DNA from: the human T2T-CHM13v2.0 reference genome, Homo sapiens
Assembly: GCF_009914755.1 (NCBI RefSeq)
Contig: NC_060932.1
DNA: 64,000 nucleotides
Reading direction: 5' to 3' (one strand)
Of this stretch, positions 1 to 14,298 are shown in pieces (within the stretch, counting starts at the first letter, position 1; every line of letters starts with the position of its first letter). A model generated the notes under the pieces. That model saw only the letters and a list, made by a program, of their open reading frames with translations. It was not told where the DNA came from and did no database searches. A program made the translations under genes and the position numbers.

Positions 1-585
1 TCTGTCTTCTATGTCATGTGAGGCTGGCATTCCCACGCGTGATTCCAGGCTTGTTGTTCATCTACACAAAACTTTTAATACGATTTTGACAAAAAACATA
101 GAAAAGGATGACTTGCCCTACTGAATATTGAAATGAACCGTGGACTAACTATGAACTTTCAAACAATCCATTAGCGGCTGAGAAATAAACAGAAAAATCA
201 ATGGCCCAACACAGACAGTGGAGAAACAGGCTGAGGAGCATGTCCAAGTTTGTATGGTCAGGAGTGTGCCTTTCAAGTCTGTGGGGAAATACGTGTGGAA
301 AAGCAAGACAGGAGTGTATTTCATACCACAGGGCAGAAGGATTCCAGACTTATGTGGAAGGAATAAAGTCATCACAATGTGAGCTTACATGGGCCTGTGG
401 GGCAAAAGGCTTTCTAAGTATGACTTCTAAGGGAGAAATCATAAAGGAAATGCATGAATAATAAAAAAGGATACATTTTCTATGGTAAAATAATATCACA
501 GAAGGAAAATTGCAAACTGTGAAAATATATTTGCATCATATGTCAGATAAGGGTTTTATAAGAAGACACAGAAAAAATGTCTCAT

Positions 586-920
<335 letters not shown>

Positions 921-1484
921 TCACATATGGATAGGTGTAAATATTAAGTATGTGTAATCAAAATATATTTATTAAATATATATCTACATATAGAAAGGAA
1001 ACGATAAATCTACCAATATAAAAATTAGTAAAAGACGGCCAAGAAATGTATAAAAGAGCAAAAACAAAGACCAGTAACTAATAATTGAAAATGTTCAATC
1101 TCATTAGTAATCAAAGAAATACAAAAAAATCTAGTGATGATATGCCATTTCCCTTTACCAAATGACAAAAGTAAAAAGAACTGATGGCACCCAGTGCTTT
1201 TGGGAAGGTGGCACATTTCTATACCACTAGGGGTATTATAAATTCGCACAACTTTTGTGAAGGATAATGTGATCGGATGCATCAAAAGCCTTAACATGTT
1301 CACCAACATTTTACGTGGCACTTACACTTACAGGAAAATATTCTAAAAATTGATTATTGATTTATGCAGACACTTTGTTGTGATGACACCAACTATAGTG
1401 CAGGCTAATTACAGCAGAGAAAACTTGAAGAAACGTAAAAGTTGAACATTTGAGTTTAATTGGATCAATTATGAAATATACATA

Positions 1485-1519
1485 CCATTAAAAATGATGC
1501 CATTAAAAATGATGCCATT
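1485..1519. repeat. 15-bp tandem duplication (ccattaaaaatgatg x2.3)
   Basis: Exact direct repeat visible in the sequence. Confidence 0.9.
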
Positions 1520-1949
1520 TTAAGTGTTTTTATTGAAACACATGTTCCCAATACATCATGAAAAGGGAAAAAGAAGTTTACAAAACACTCTATTCAGTAA
1601 GACCACAAGACCCTCCTTTTGTAAAATGTGTATTTATGTATACTAATAAACATATGATAGTGTATTAAATCATACCATTTAGTATATGCATGGAAAGCTG
1701 CCTGAGAGAGAACTCCAAAGTGCACTACAATGGATTCTATCTGACTGGTTTGCTTATGGGTTATGTTTATATTCTTTTTGCTTATTTGTTTCTGATTGTT
1801 TTATAATATGTATTTGTTGTGTAATAAATCTTGAACCAAGTGTTTATTTAAAAAAATAAAGCCCTTGAAAACTCTCCACTGTCTTATGAATTAGGTGAAA
1901 ACTCCCAGGACTGTCACTGAAGGCTTTCCACAGTGTGTTCCCAAAGTAT

Positions 1950-2603
1950 GTTTCCAGTTCTATTGTCTACTATTTCCCTTATAATGAAATCGGATCACGT
2001 TACTTCCCTGATTAAAACCTTCAGTGGTTTCCCATCGCACTTGCAGTCGAATCAGCCTCTACCTGCTCTGTAGCCCCCTGGTCATCTGGTTTGCCTTCTG
2101 CTCCGCCTTATCTTAAGCAAATCTCCCTTCTACCTGCTTCCACTACTGTGCTGGCCTGTGTAGAACAGGAATCTTGCCTCACACAGAGCCCATCCAAACG
2201 CCGTGTTCTCCACTTTTTATCTGCCTGGTGCCTGCTAATCCTTAAGGTAACTTTCTCAGTGATGTTTCCCTGATATCCAACTCAAAATAACACTTCTTTG
2301 CCCACTTGAGCTTTCTCTTTCATAACCATCTGTTTTTATTTAGAGCAATTATTTAATAGAATCACTGTTACAGATTTTTTTAGTTTGTTCACTTGAAACA
2401 TACCTGTCTCTCCTGTTAAACTTTGCTGTGTGAGGGCAGGGACCTCCATCTGCTTTTTGAAGCCACTAATATTAGACACTATTCTAATATTATTATTATA
2501 AATTAATTATTATTAATAATATCAGACAGTATTCTAAGCTAGTGCTTAGAATAGTGTCTGATACTTAATAGACATTTACACATTTATGGACTTGGTGAAT
2601 GAA
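1950..2603 (+). mobile_element. L2 LINE 3' fragment
   Basis: L2 motifs 'atcacgttacttccctgattaaaaccttcagtggtttcccatcgcac', 'tgagggcagggacc', and the terminal 'gtgcttagaatagtgtctg...gaatgaa'. Confidence 0.75.
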
Positions 2604-3499
2604 CACGCTCTGCTTCAGTCAAACATAATCATAGCATTTGAACACATATCATAATCACATACCTAAATGCTGTTATTATTCTCTCCATCTCTGCCTGTCA
2701 AGTTCTATCTGTCCTCAAAAGTCCACTCTAATTCTGTTTCTCCAGTTGAAGCTTTTTCTGATCGGTAAATGGTGGGAGGAAGGGTGGCAGGTTATCACCG
2801 GAAAAGAAGAGAAGTGAGTTATTGCAGACATGCTAAGTCAGACATCTGCAGGAGTTATGATCCAGTGAAGGGCAGAGAGTCCCCAGCATCTGGAGGAGAG
2901 GTTGGAGGAGGGTGGAGATGGGAGGGTCAATGGCAGAGTTTATTGTAGTCTGAGCGGTGGGTGGAGTGGGTAAAGGCGAGAAGGGAATGAGAAGACAAAA
3001 GGAGCACCCAGGAAATTTAAATTATCTTGCCATGGCCATATAATGTCATTTCATTTAGTAGTTTAAGTTTTACTAAAAGTCATGAGATTAAAAATACTTA
3101 ATCATGAGATTAAAAATATGTGAATTGAGGCTTCTGCTTCCAGGAAGATGCAGTGGACATACTTTTCCCCATTCCTTTGTCTAAACATAACTAAAAACGC
3201 AGGACATTATACATGAGCCAATCATAAGGAGACTGTGAATGGAGGAGAGAAGGCAAACCTACTATGGGTCTTGGGACAAGAGAGAAGACATAGTTATGAA
3301 TTCCCTGGGTTTTCTTTTGGCCCCATATATCCTAGACTTGGAGCTGAAGAAGCCAGGAAACTGGAAACAGTAATAGGCTGAGACCAAAAAGCCCCAAAAG
3401 AAGCATGCTCTCTCCAACCAAAGCCAGGAAAAGGGCACCAAGGCAGAAAACTTCAAGACAATACAGCTTTATTGTAGCCAAATGCCACTGAGCAAGCTG

Positions 3500-4006
3500 G
3501 GCCCAACCCCACTCATGCCAGCAAGGGCTGAGTAGGGAGCCTGAATTCTTGCACTTGGCAGGCTGTAATGAGGCACCTCCACACTCCTGCCTGGATGGTG
3601 TCAGAGGAGGCCAAATAGGATTCCTTAACTTTCACTCTTGCCAGCTGGTAATGAGCCCCTGCCACCCCGTGTCAGTGGGACCATGTGGAGAGCCTGGACT
3701 TTCACTCTCACCCAGCAGTAATGAGGCTCCTCCCTCTACCAGCTGGGGTGGTATCAGAAGAAGACTGGAGGAGCATCAGGACTTTCACTGTGGCCCAAAG
3801 AGAATGAGGCCACCCCTACCCCACCGTGGTGCTAGTGGAGATCATAGGTAAAGTTGAAACTCCCACATCTGCCTGGCAGTGATTAGGAACAACCCCCCTG
3901 CCCTGCCCTCAGGTGCCAACAGAGGTGCTGTGAAGAACAAGAACTTCTACTTCCACCTGGTAGTAATGAGGCTGCATCCTGCCCTCTTCCCCTGTGGGAG
4001 TGCTGA
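3500..4006 (+). repeat. Degenerate ~70-84 bp tandem monomer array inside the L1 5'UTR
   Basis: Anchor gtaatgagg-like motif at 3565, 3648, 3718, 3801, 3879, 3963. 'actttcact' at 3628, 3698, 3781. Confidence 0.8.
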
Positions 4007-4468
4007 CAAAAAAAAAAAAAGAAATTCAGCTAAATCGGAACACCCAGGCTCAAAATGCAAATATCCCCACTGAGACAGGAAATATCACTTGAACCTGAAA
4101 ATTGCCCACCATTCAAAAACCCAGGAAGATCCTAAACTGAAGGACAAAAGACAATTAACAGATGCCAACACCTAAAGACAGAGATATCAGATTTATCTGA
4201 AAAGAGTTTAAAGTAGCCATGACAACAATGCTTCAATAAACAATTTGAACACACTTGAAAAAAGTGAAAAAAAAAAACAAAACCTCAGCAAATATATAGA
4301 GAAGAACCAAATGGAAATGTCAGAACTTAAAAATAAAAAAACTGAAGTGGATGGGCTCAATAGCAGAAGGAAGTGAGCGGTGAAAAGAATCAGTGAATTG
4401 GAAGAAAAAATAAGAGAAATTAACCAATCTGAAGAACAGAAAGAAAATAGAGTGAAAAAAATGGACCC

Positions 4469-4768
<300 letters not shown>

Positions 4769-5544
4769 TGGACCCATGGGAATATAACAAAACATCTAAC
4801 ATTCGTGCTATCAGAGTCCAAAAGGAGAGGAGAAAGAGGGTGAAGCTGAAAAATGCACTTGAAAGAACAATTGCCAAAATCTCCTCAAATTTGGCAACAT
4901 AAATAAATCTACTGATTCAAGAAGCTGAGATAACTTCAAATAGCAAACACCTGAGACACATCGTAATTAAACTTCTGAAAACTAAAGACAAAGAAAAAAT
5001 ATTAAAAAGTGGTCAGAGGAAAGCAACACCTTACCCACAGAAGAGAAGCAACTTTAGTGACAAAGAATTTCTCATCAGAAATCACGTAAACCATAAGGAA
5101 GTGGCAGAATATTTTTCAAGTTTTTAAAGGAAAGAACTGCCAACCCAGTGAAAATTTTCTTCAGGAATGAGGGGAAAACCAAAACATTTTCAAATGAAGG
5201 GAAACCAAGAGAATTTGACACCACCAAACCTACCTAAAGAATGGCTAAAATAAGTTCTCCAAACAGAATGGAAGTGATAAGAGAAGGAAACTCAGAAAAT
5301 CAGGAGAAAAGAAAGAACATCGTAAGCCAAAATATAGATACATAGAATAGGTTTTCTTTATTGCTTTGAGTTTTCCAAATTATGTTTGAAATCTAAAGAG
5401 GAAATATTTATGATAATTATTTTATAAGTGGGGGAAGGTAAAGAGACACAAAGGGAGGTAAGACTTCTGTAATTTACTTGAACAGGTAAAATGATGGCAC
5501 CAATAAGGGTGTGATAAATTTTGTGTATATAGTGTAGTACCTAG

Positions 5545-5860
<316 letters not shown>

Positions 5861-6901
5861 GAGAAGCCACTTTAAAAGTTTTACCAAAAGAAATAAATGG
5901 AATTATAAAAAGTGTTTAAATAAAAGTCAGAGGCAGGAAAAAGGAAACAGTAAGAAAAAGCAGAAAAAAGCTGAAAACAAAAAAATTAAATGGCAGACCT
6001 AAACCCTAATATATCAATAATTAAATTAAATATAAATGGTCTAAATATTTGAAATAAAAAACAGAAATTGGAAGAGTGGATTAAAAAATATGGCCAACTA
6101 TATGCTGTCTACAAGATACGCATTTCAAACATTACTTTATAGGCAGATTGAAAGTAAAATAATAAAAAAATGTCATGCAGATACTAATTATGGAAGACAG
6201 AAGTGGCTATATTAATATCAGATCAAGTATGTCTCAGAGCAAAGACAGAGAAGGAAATTACATAAAGATAAAAGGGGCCAATCTACCAAGAAGGCAAATA
6301 TACCAAAAATAGAGTTGAAAAATATGTGAAGCAAACAGATAAAGCTGAAAGGAAAAATAGATAAATCTTTAATTATAGTTGAAGGCTTCAATACCTATCT
6401 CTCAACATTCGATAGAACTAATAGAGGGAAAATCAATAAAGAAACAAAATAACTGAACCATACCACCAACCAACAAGATCTAATTGACATATGTAGAGCA
6501 CTCCACCCAACAACAGCAGAATCCATATTCTTTGCAAGTGCCAAAAGATTATACAGCAACATAAACCATATCCTGGGCTGTAAAACAAACCTCAACAGGT
6601 ACAGGAACTGAGGTGATACTGAGTGTTCCCCTGCCATGACTGGATACAACTAGAAATTAAAAACAAAAATACAACAGGAATATCTCCAAACACTTGGAAA
6701 TTAAACAGCATGTTCTAAATAGGTCAAAGAAGAAGTCAAAAGTGAAGTGAAAAAGTACATTGATTTCAACAAAAATGAAAATACAACATATCAAAATTTT
6801 TAGGGCTCAGTTAAGGCAGTGCTGGAATGGAAATGTATAGCACTACATGCATACATTAGAAAAGAAGAAAATGTTAAATTGGTAACTTAAGATCTCATTC
6901 T

Positions 6902-7228
<327 letters not shown>

Positions 7229-10200
7229 CTACAAAAAGGAGAAGAGAAAGGAAAGCCAAAACCAACAGAAGAAAGAAATACTAAAGATAAAAGCAGAAAT
7301 CACTTGAAATTGAAAACAGTAAAATAACAGAGAAAAATCAATGAAACAAAGAGCTGGTTCTTTGAAAAGATCAATGCAACTGACAAACCAAGCACCACTG
7401 ATGAAGGAAAAGGAAAGAAGACACAAGTTACCAACATCACAAATGTCATTGTCACAGATTAGCAGGGACATCATTTAGACTCTACAGACATCAAAAGGAT
7501 AGTAAAGGAATACCATAAACAACTCTTCATACATAGATTTTGCAACTTAGATAAAATGGACCCATTCCTCAAAAAACAACAAACTGCCCAGACTCATCCA
7601 ATATGAAATAAATAATTTGAATTATCCTATCACTATTAAGCAAATTGAATTCATAACTGGATTCATGAAAAAATCTCAGGCCTGGTGATTTCACTGGTTC
7701 AGTTGACCAAATGTTTAAAGAAGCATTAATATAAATTCTGTAGAATCTCTTCCAGAAAATAGAAGAGGAGGGAACACTTCTCAATTCATTTCATGAAATT
7801 AGTATTACCTTTATACTAAAACCAGAAAAAGAGAGCAAAAAAGAAAAAAACTACAAACCATTGTCCCTCATGCATACAGAGGGATAAAGGAATATAAAAT
7901 TCTTTAACAAAATCATTAGCAAATGAGACGTAGCAACGTATCAGAAAAATTGCAGACTGTCACCAAGAGGGTTTTATTTCAGGGATTTAAGACTGGTTCA
8001 ATATTCAAAATCAATGTAATCTTCCTCAACAACAGAACAAATTTACAATAGCATACATATGATCATGAAAAACATTTGGCAGAATTCAACAGCCATTCGT
8101 AATAAAAACTCTCAGAAAAATAGAAATAAAGGGAAATTCTCTCAAGTTGATCAAGAATGAGCCTGTGCAAAAGGCCCGTAGCTAACATTATATCTGAAGA
8201 TGAAAGAAAGACTGAATACTTTACATCAGAGGTAAAGACAAGGATGTTAGCTCTTAAATCTCTTACTCAGCATAGTGCTGGAAGTTCTACCCTGTGTAAG
8301 AGTCAAGAAGAAAAAGTAAAAGACACACAGGTTGAAATGGAAGTGAAATTGTCTTATTTGCTGGTTGTCTGTGTGTAAATGCTCAAGAACCTACAGTAAA
8401 ACTCTTAGAATTAATAAGTTACTTCAGTAAGGTCATAGGCAATATGATATGCTTAAAAATCAGTAGTATTTCTACATACTAGCAGTGCACATGTGGACAA
8501 TAAAATTTTTTAAAATATCACTCACATTCAGTCAAAAATGAAAATTCAAGACTTGAATGATAAAAAGTACATATATTGATGAAAGAAACCGAAGAAGATC
8601 TTAATAGACTGAGTTCATGGATTGGACAATTCAATGTGATAAGAATTCAGTTCTCCTAAAAATGATACACAAGTTTAATGCAATTCCTATAAAAATCCCA
8701 GCAAGATGTTTTCTAGATAGCAACAAGATTAGTCTAAGATTTATATGGAAAGGCAAAGAAACTGGAATAGGTAAAACCATTCTGAAAAAGAATAACGTAG
8801 GAGAAATCAGTCCACCTGCTTTCAAAATGCACCACACAGCTAAGTAATCAAGACTGTGGGATATTGGTAGAAAGATGGGCATTTTGATCAAGGCAAAAGA
8901 GTAGAGAACCCCAACATAGACCCACACAAATATGCCCAACTGATCTTTAACAAAGTAACAAAAACAATCCAAAGGAGGAAAGATAGCCTTTCCAACAAAT
9001 ACCGCTGGATTAATTGAGTATCTATAGGCCAAAAGATAATGTACTCTGGACTGTCTTACACTTGTACAAAAATTAACTCAAAATATATCACAGACTTAGA
9101 TGTAAACTCTAAAACTTTTAAGAAAAAAATTGGAGAAAACCTTTGTGATCTAGAGCTAAGCAAAGAGTTCTTAGATTTGACACCAAAGAAAGCATGACCC
9201 ATAAATAGAAAAATTGGTAAACTGGACTTAAAAAGTTTTTTTCTTTGTGAAAGACCCTGTTAAAAGGGTGAAAAGACAAGTTACATGCTGAAAGAAGATA
9301 TCTGCAAGCCGTGTATCTAACCGAGGGCGAATATCTGAAATTCATAACACCTATAAGCCTGAATAATGGAAAAATGAACAACTAAAACATAGACAAAAGA
9401 GAGGAAAAGACAATTTACTGAAGAGGATATGTATATACATGTGTGTCAAAAGACCACATGGAAAGACGTTCATCATTAGCTATTAGGGAAATGGTAGTTA
9501 AAACCACAGTTAGATACTGTTACACATTGATCAGAATAGCTAAAGTAAAACATAGTGACAACACCAAATCCTGGCAAAAATTCAGAACACTTACACATTG
9601 CCTGACAGAATGTAAAATTGTACAGCATGGTGGATTCTTAAGAAGCTAAACATGCAGGTGGCTTGCAACTCATAATGTGCACTTCTGGACACAGATTCTA
9701 AGGAAATGAAGGCCTATATGCATACATGTATGGGAATGTTCATAGTGCTCTATTTGTAATAGTCACAAACTTGAAACAGTGCAGATGTCTTTCAAGACTG
9801 AATGACTTAACAAACTGGGGCAAGTCCACACCATGGGACACAAGTCATAATTAAAAGGAACTAACTGTTCACACACACAACCATCTGGATGAATCTCCCA
9901 GGAATAATGATGCTGAGTGAAGAAAGGCAATCCCAAAAGTGAGATCTGTTTGACATCTTGAAGTGACGAAATTATAGAAACAGAAATTAGATTAGTGGTT
10001 GGCTGGGATTAGGGAGATAGTGGGTGTGACAGGTAAATAGATGCGTGGCTACATAATGTCAAAACGTGGTGTCCTAATATCAGAAATGTCTGTGTCTCTA
10101 CTGTACCATGTCTGTATCATGCTGTGCTATTGTACTATAGTTCTGCAAGGTGTCACATTGGGATAATCTGCATAAAGGGAACAGGTATCTCTCTGCTGTG

Positions 10201-10656
10201 CTTCTTACAGTTGCATGTGAATCTACAAATTTCACAATAAAAATTTAGTCAAAAATGAATAGTATATAAACCTTTATAAACAGATTAGGAAATTGGGCAG
10301 AAATTTGGACACTGTCAATTTCTCCTCTGAAGCTGAAAGTAGATTGTATTGAAAACATATTAATCAAAGAAGCCAAGCGTTAGATTCACGAAGAGGTTCT
10401 TGGTCAATTTCAGACAAATCCAACTTTTTTTGGCAATCACAGGATGCTTCCTTCCCTTTCCTCACATAAGGGTTCTGCCATGGTCCCTTTACCTCTCTGT
10501 AGCAGGGTGAGGGATATGAAGATTCTATAACCAAATATTTCATTTCCCCCTCACTTGTTGACCACACTTCTGGCAAATCAAGAAAGGTATAAAAAGAAAT
10601 TGACTTTGTGGAGTTTGCAAGTTAATCGGGGACGTGTTAATAAAAGTAAGTGTGGA

Positions 10657-10950
10657 GGCTGGGCGCAGTGGCTCACACCTGTAATCCCAGCACTTTGGGA
10701 GGCTGAGGTGGGCGGATCACAAGGTCAGGAGTTCAAGACCAGCCTGGCCAACATGGTAAAACCCCACCTCTACTAAAAATATGAAAATTAGCCAAGCATG
10801 GTGGCAGGAGCCTGTAATCCCAGCTACTTGGGAGGCTGAAGCAGGAGAATCACTTCAACCCAGGAGGCAGAGGTTGCAGTGAGCCAAGATTGCATCACTG
10901 CCCTCCAGCCTGGGCGACAGAGCAAGGCTCCATCTTGGGGAAAGAAAAGA
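10657..10950 (+). mobile_element. AluS (Sg-like)
   Basis: Full Alu. TSD aaaagtaagtgtgga at 10642-10656 and 10951-10965. Confidence 0.97.
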
Positions 10951-11189
10951 AAAAGTAAGTGTGGAAAGTTTGGGATCATCTCTTAAAGAACAAATATGAA
11001 AGTGACAGATACGGTGAAGCCTGGAGCTTATAACAGCCTGCTTACTCTGAGTGGGTGTGTGTTCTCAGATCAAGAATAGTTGTTCATTGTTGTTCATTGT
11101 TGCTGGAGGGAGAGGGGTTTTCTTGTAACAATAACAACAACAACATCAGCCATCATTTACTGAAATAAGTCCTACTGTGTCCCGCAACA

Positions 11190-11400
11190 ACAGTAGCACA
11201 TTTATCAAGAGATCATTCCTAAGTGCTTTACACTTATTAACTCCTTAATCTTCACAACCACCCCATGAAGTAAGGACTATTATTTTTTTTCATTTTACAG
11301 ATAAGAAAACTGATTCATAGAGAGATTGAGTTATTTGCTGAGAGTAACTAAGGTAGTAATTGGTCAAGGTGAGTTGAACCCAGGCAGTATTTTGGAGATT
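11190..11400 (-). mobile_element. MIR SINE
   Basis: MIR core 'cattttacagataagaaaactga...gttgaacccaggcagt'. Confidence 0.8.
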
Positions 11401-12305
11401 CTAGAAAAGTCTTCCATTCCTGTTGGATGTCTGTAGAACGTGTGACACAATGTGAGTTTGGATTTGTCATTGAGGTGGGCTTTACATTGGCATTCGGTGT
11501 GTGGCTCCCACAGGCAGCTCTGTGCGGATCCAGGATTAGTATCAGCTCTTTCTGCTGCAAGCACAGGGTTGCGTCTCAGCAGCTGTCCTGCAAGCGCACC
11601 TATTCAAATACACAGCCATACTCAGAGCTCTTTGTCTGGAGAAAAGGATATAAAAGTCAAAGTACTTTTCCTGCCAGCTATTTGGTTGATCAGGATGGAA
11701 TATATTGTATTGTAGGACACAATTCAGATTTGTGAGTTATTTCCTCTCACCCTCCCCCGGCTGCTGAATACACACTTTTTCTTCTGACTTTTAGGAAGTG
11801 TTTCCTGTGCAACCACATCTCACTTTTTGCATCATCTCCCACAAGACCACCTGGCTCCTTCCCACATCGTCCTCCATCCAGAGTGCAATTCCTAAGTCCC
11901 CTAGGGTGGCATTCTTTTCACATACATGATTCCAACCACAAATTTTTGCAGAGGTGTTCAGTGCAAATGGGACAGCTCCATTTCAGTGGGTGGGCGCAAG
12001 TTGGGGCGGAGGAGTTTCCCGAACTCTTTGCCCTTTTTGGAAACTCAGTGAGATTCTTTTAATCGTCTGGATGACCCTGTGTGTCAAAGGCACAGGTAGC
12101 ATGTGCTATCAGATCTATTGGTGCCTGCGTCCAATATGTATGTATAAAACTAAAATCTGTACTTTCCCCATTGTTCTGTTTATGATGATGGGATCAGGAG
12201 TTGAGCCCTGGTGGCATTTAATGCACTATTGGGGAAATGTTAGTTGCAAGTGAATTACATTCTTTGCTTGCTGTCTAGCCTGAATTTCATATTTTTATAC
12301 AAAAT

Positions 12306-12651
<346 letters not shown>

Positions 12652-13509
12652 TAGGTTATCGACACACTTTACGTATCATGAATCTATAATATGTATTTAT
12701 ACATACTCTGTGTCTTTTCTTCTCTGTTTGGATAAGGTATGTTTATGCTAACCCGTATTAGCAATGGGACTGGTGATCCCATAGCTTGCAGAAGCTACTG
12801 GAGCATGGGCAATAGGACCAGTGCTGGCCGCGGCTTCTCCTTGCACCAAGTCCTCTGAGTGGCAGTGCCGGCTGACTGTCCTTCATTTCTTCTTGCTGGT
12901 CTGGAGGGAGTTCTCGGGCTGCGGAGCAAACGCTGCTGCCACACGACCTTTCCTGATGTGCCTGTGAATTCCTTCCTTCTGCCGCTTCATTTTGGATACT
13001 CTCATGCTGATTTTTGCTCAGTGATGAATTGAATGGCCTGTCAGTGTTTTCCAGTAGAGATGAGCTATTTTCCACCCTGAGACATGGCTTCTGTAAACTA
13101 AATTTGCTTTAGTTTCAAAATCAAAAGCAAATGGGCCCACCTTTATGGTGGGAAGGTAGTGGGCATGGGAAGTCAAGGAGCTCCCTGGGAAGGTCTGGTG
13201 GCAGCTCCCATGTCACTCCTCAGACAGTTTCTCAAAGGCTTATTTATCCTAGGCTGTCATGGATGTGTCAGCAGGGATGGTTTGGACACAGCTCTAATGC
13301 TGAGAACATATATTAAAAAAAGGTCTTGGCCAGAGTTAGTTTCTGAAATTCCTCTCTCAATTATTGAGAATAGTTTTGCTTTAACAAGCATTCTTTTCCC
13401 TCACAGTTCTGCTTCTCATTTGGCCCATCCTCTTGTGAAGTCATAATTTTGTGCTTATGATACGGCAGATAGTGACCAAGATGGAAACGATTATAATATC
13501 ATGGGTGCC

Positions 13510-14298
<789 letters not shown>

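Noticed and set aside
3080-3118. 17-bp direct repeat (tcatgagattaaaaata) next to the L1 5' end as a TSD
   Set aside because: Both copies lie on the same side of the element, so this is a simple slippage duplication.
3500-4006. CRISPR-like repeat/spacer periodicity
   Set aside because: The units are degenerate along their whole length, the 'spacers' resemble each other, there are no cas genes, and the context is a mammalian L1 5'UTR.
8617-8847. L1 ORF2p-like peptide as a CDS
   Set aside because: A short relic of a dead L1 surrounded by stops and frameshifts.
13017-13084. Box C/D snoRNA-like arrangement (GTGATGA at 13021 ... CTGA at 13077)
   Set aside because: The terminal stem is weak, there is no clear D' box, and I recognise no rRNA/snRNA guide. 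Such motif pairs occur by chance. snoscan or Infernal could revisit it.
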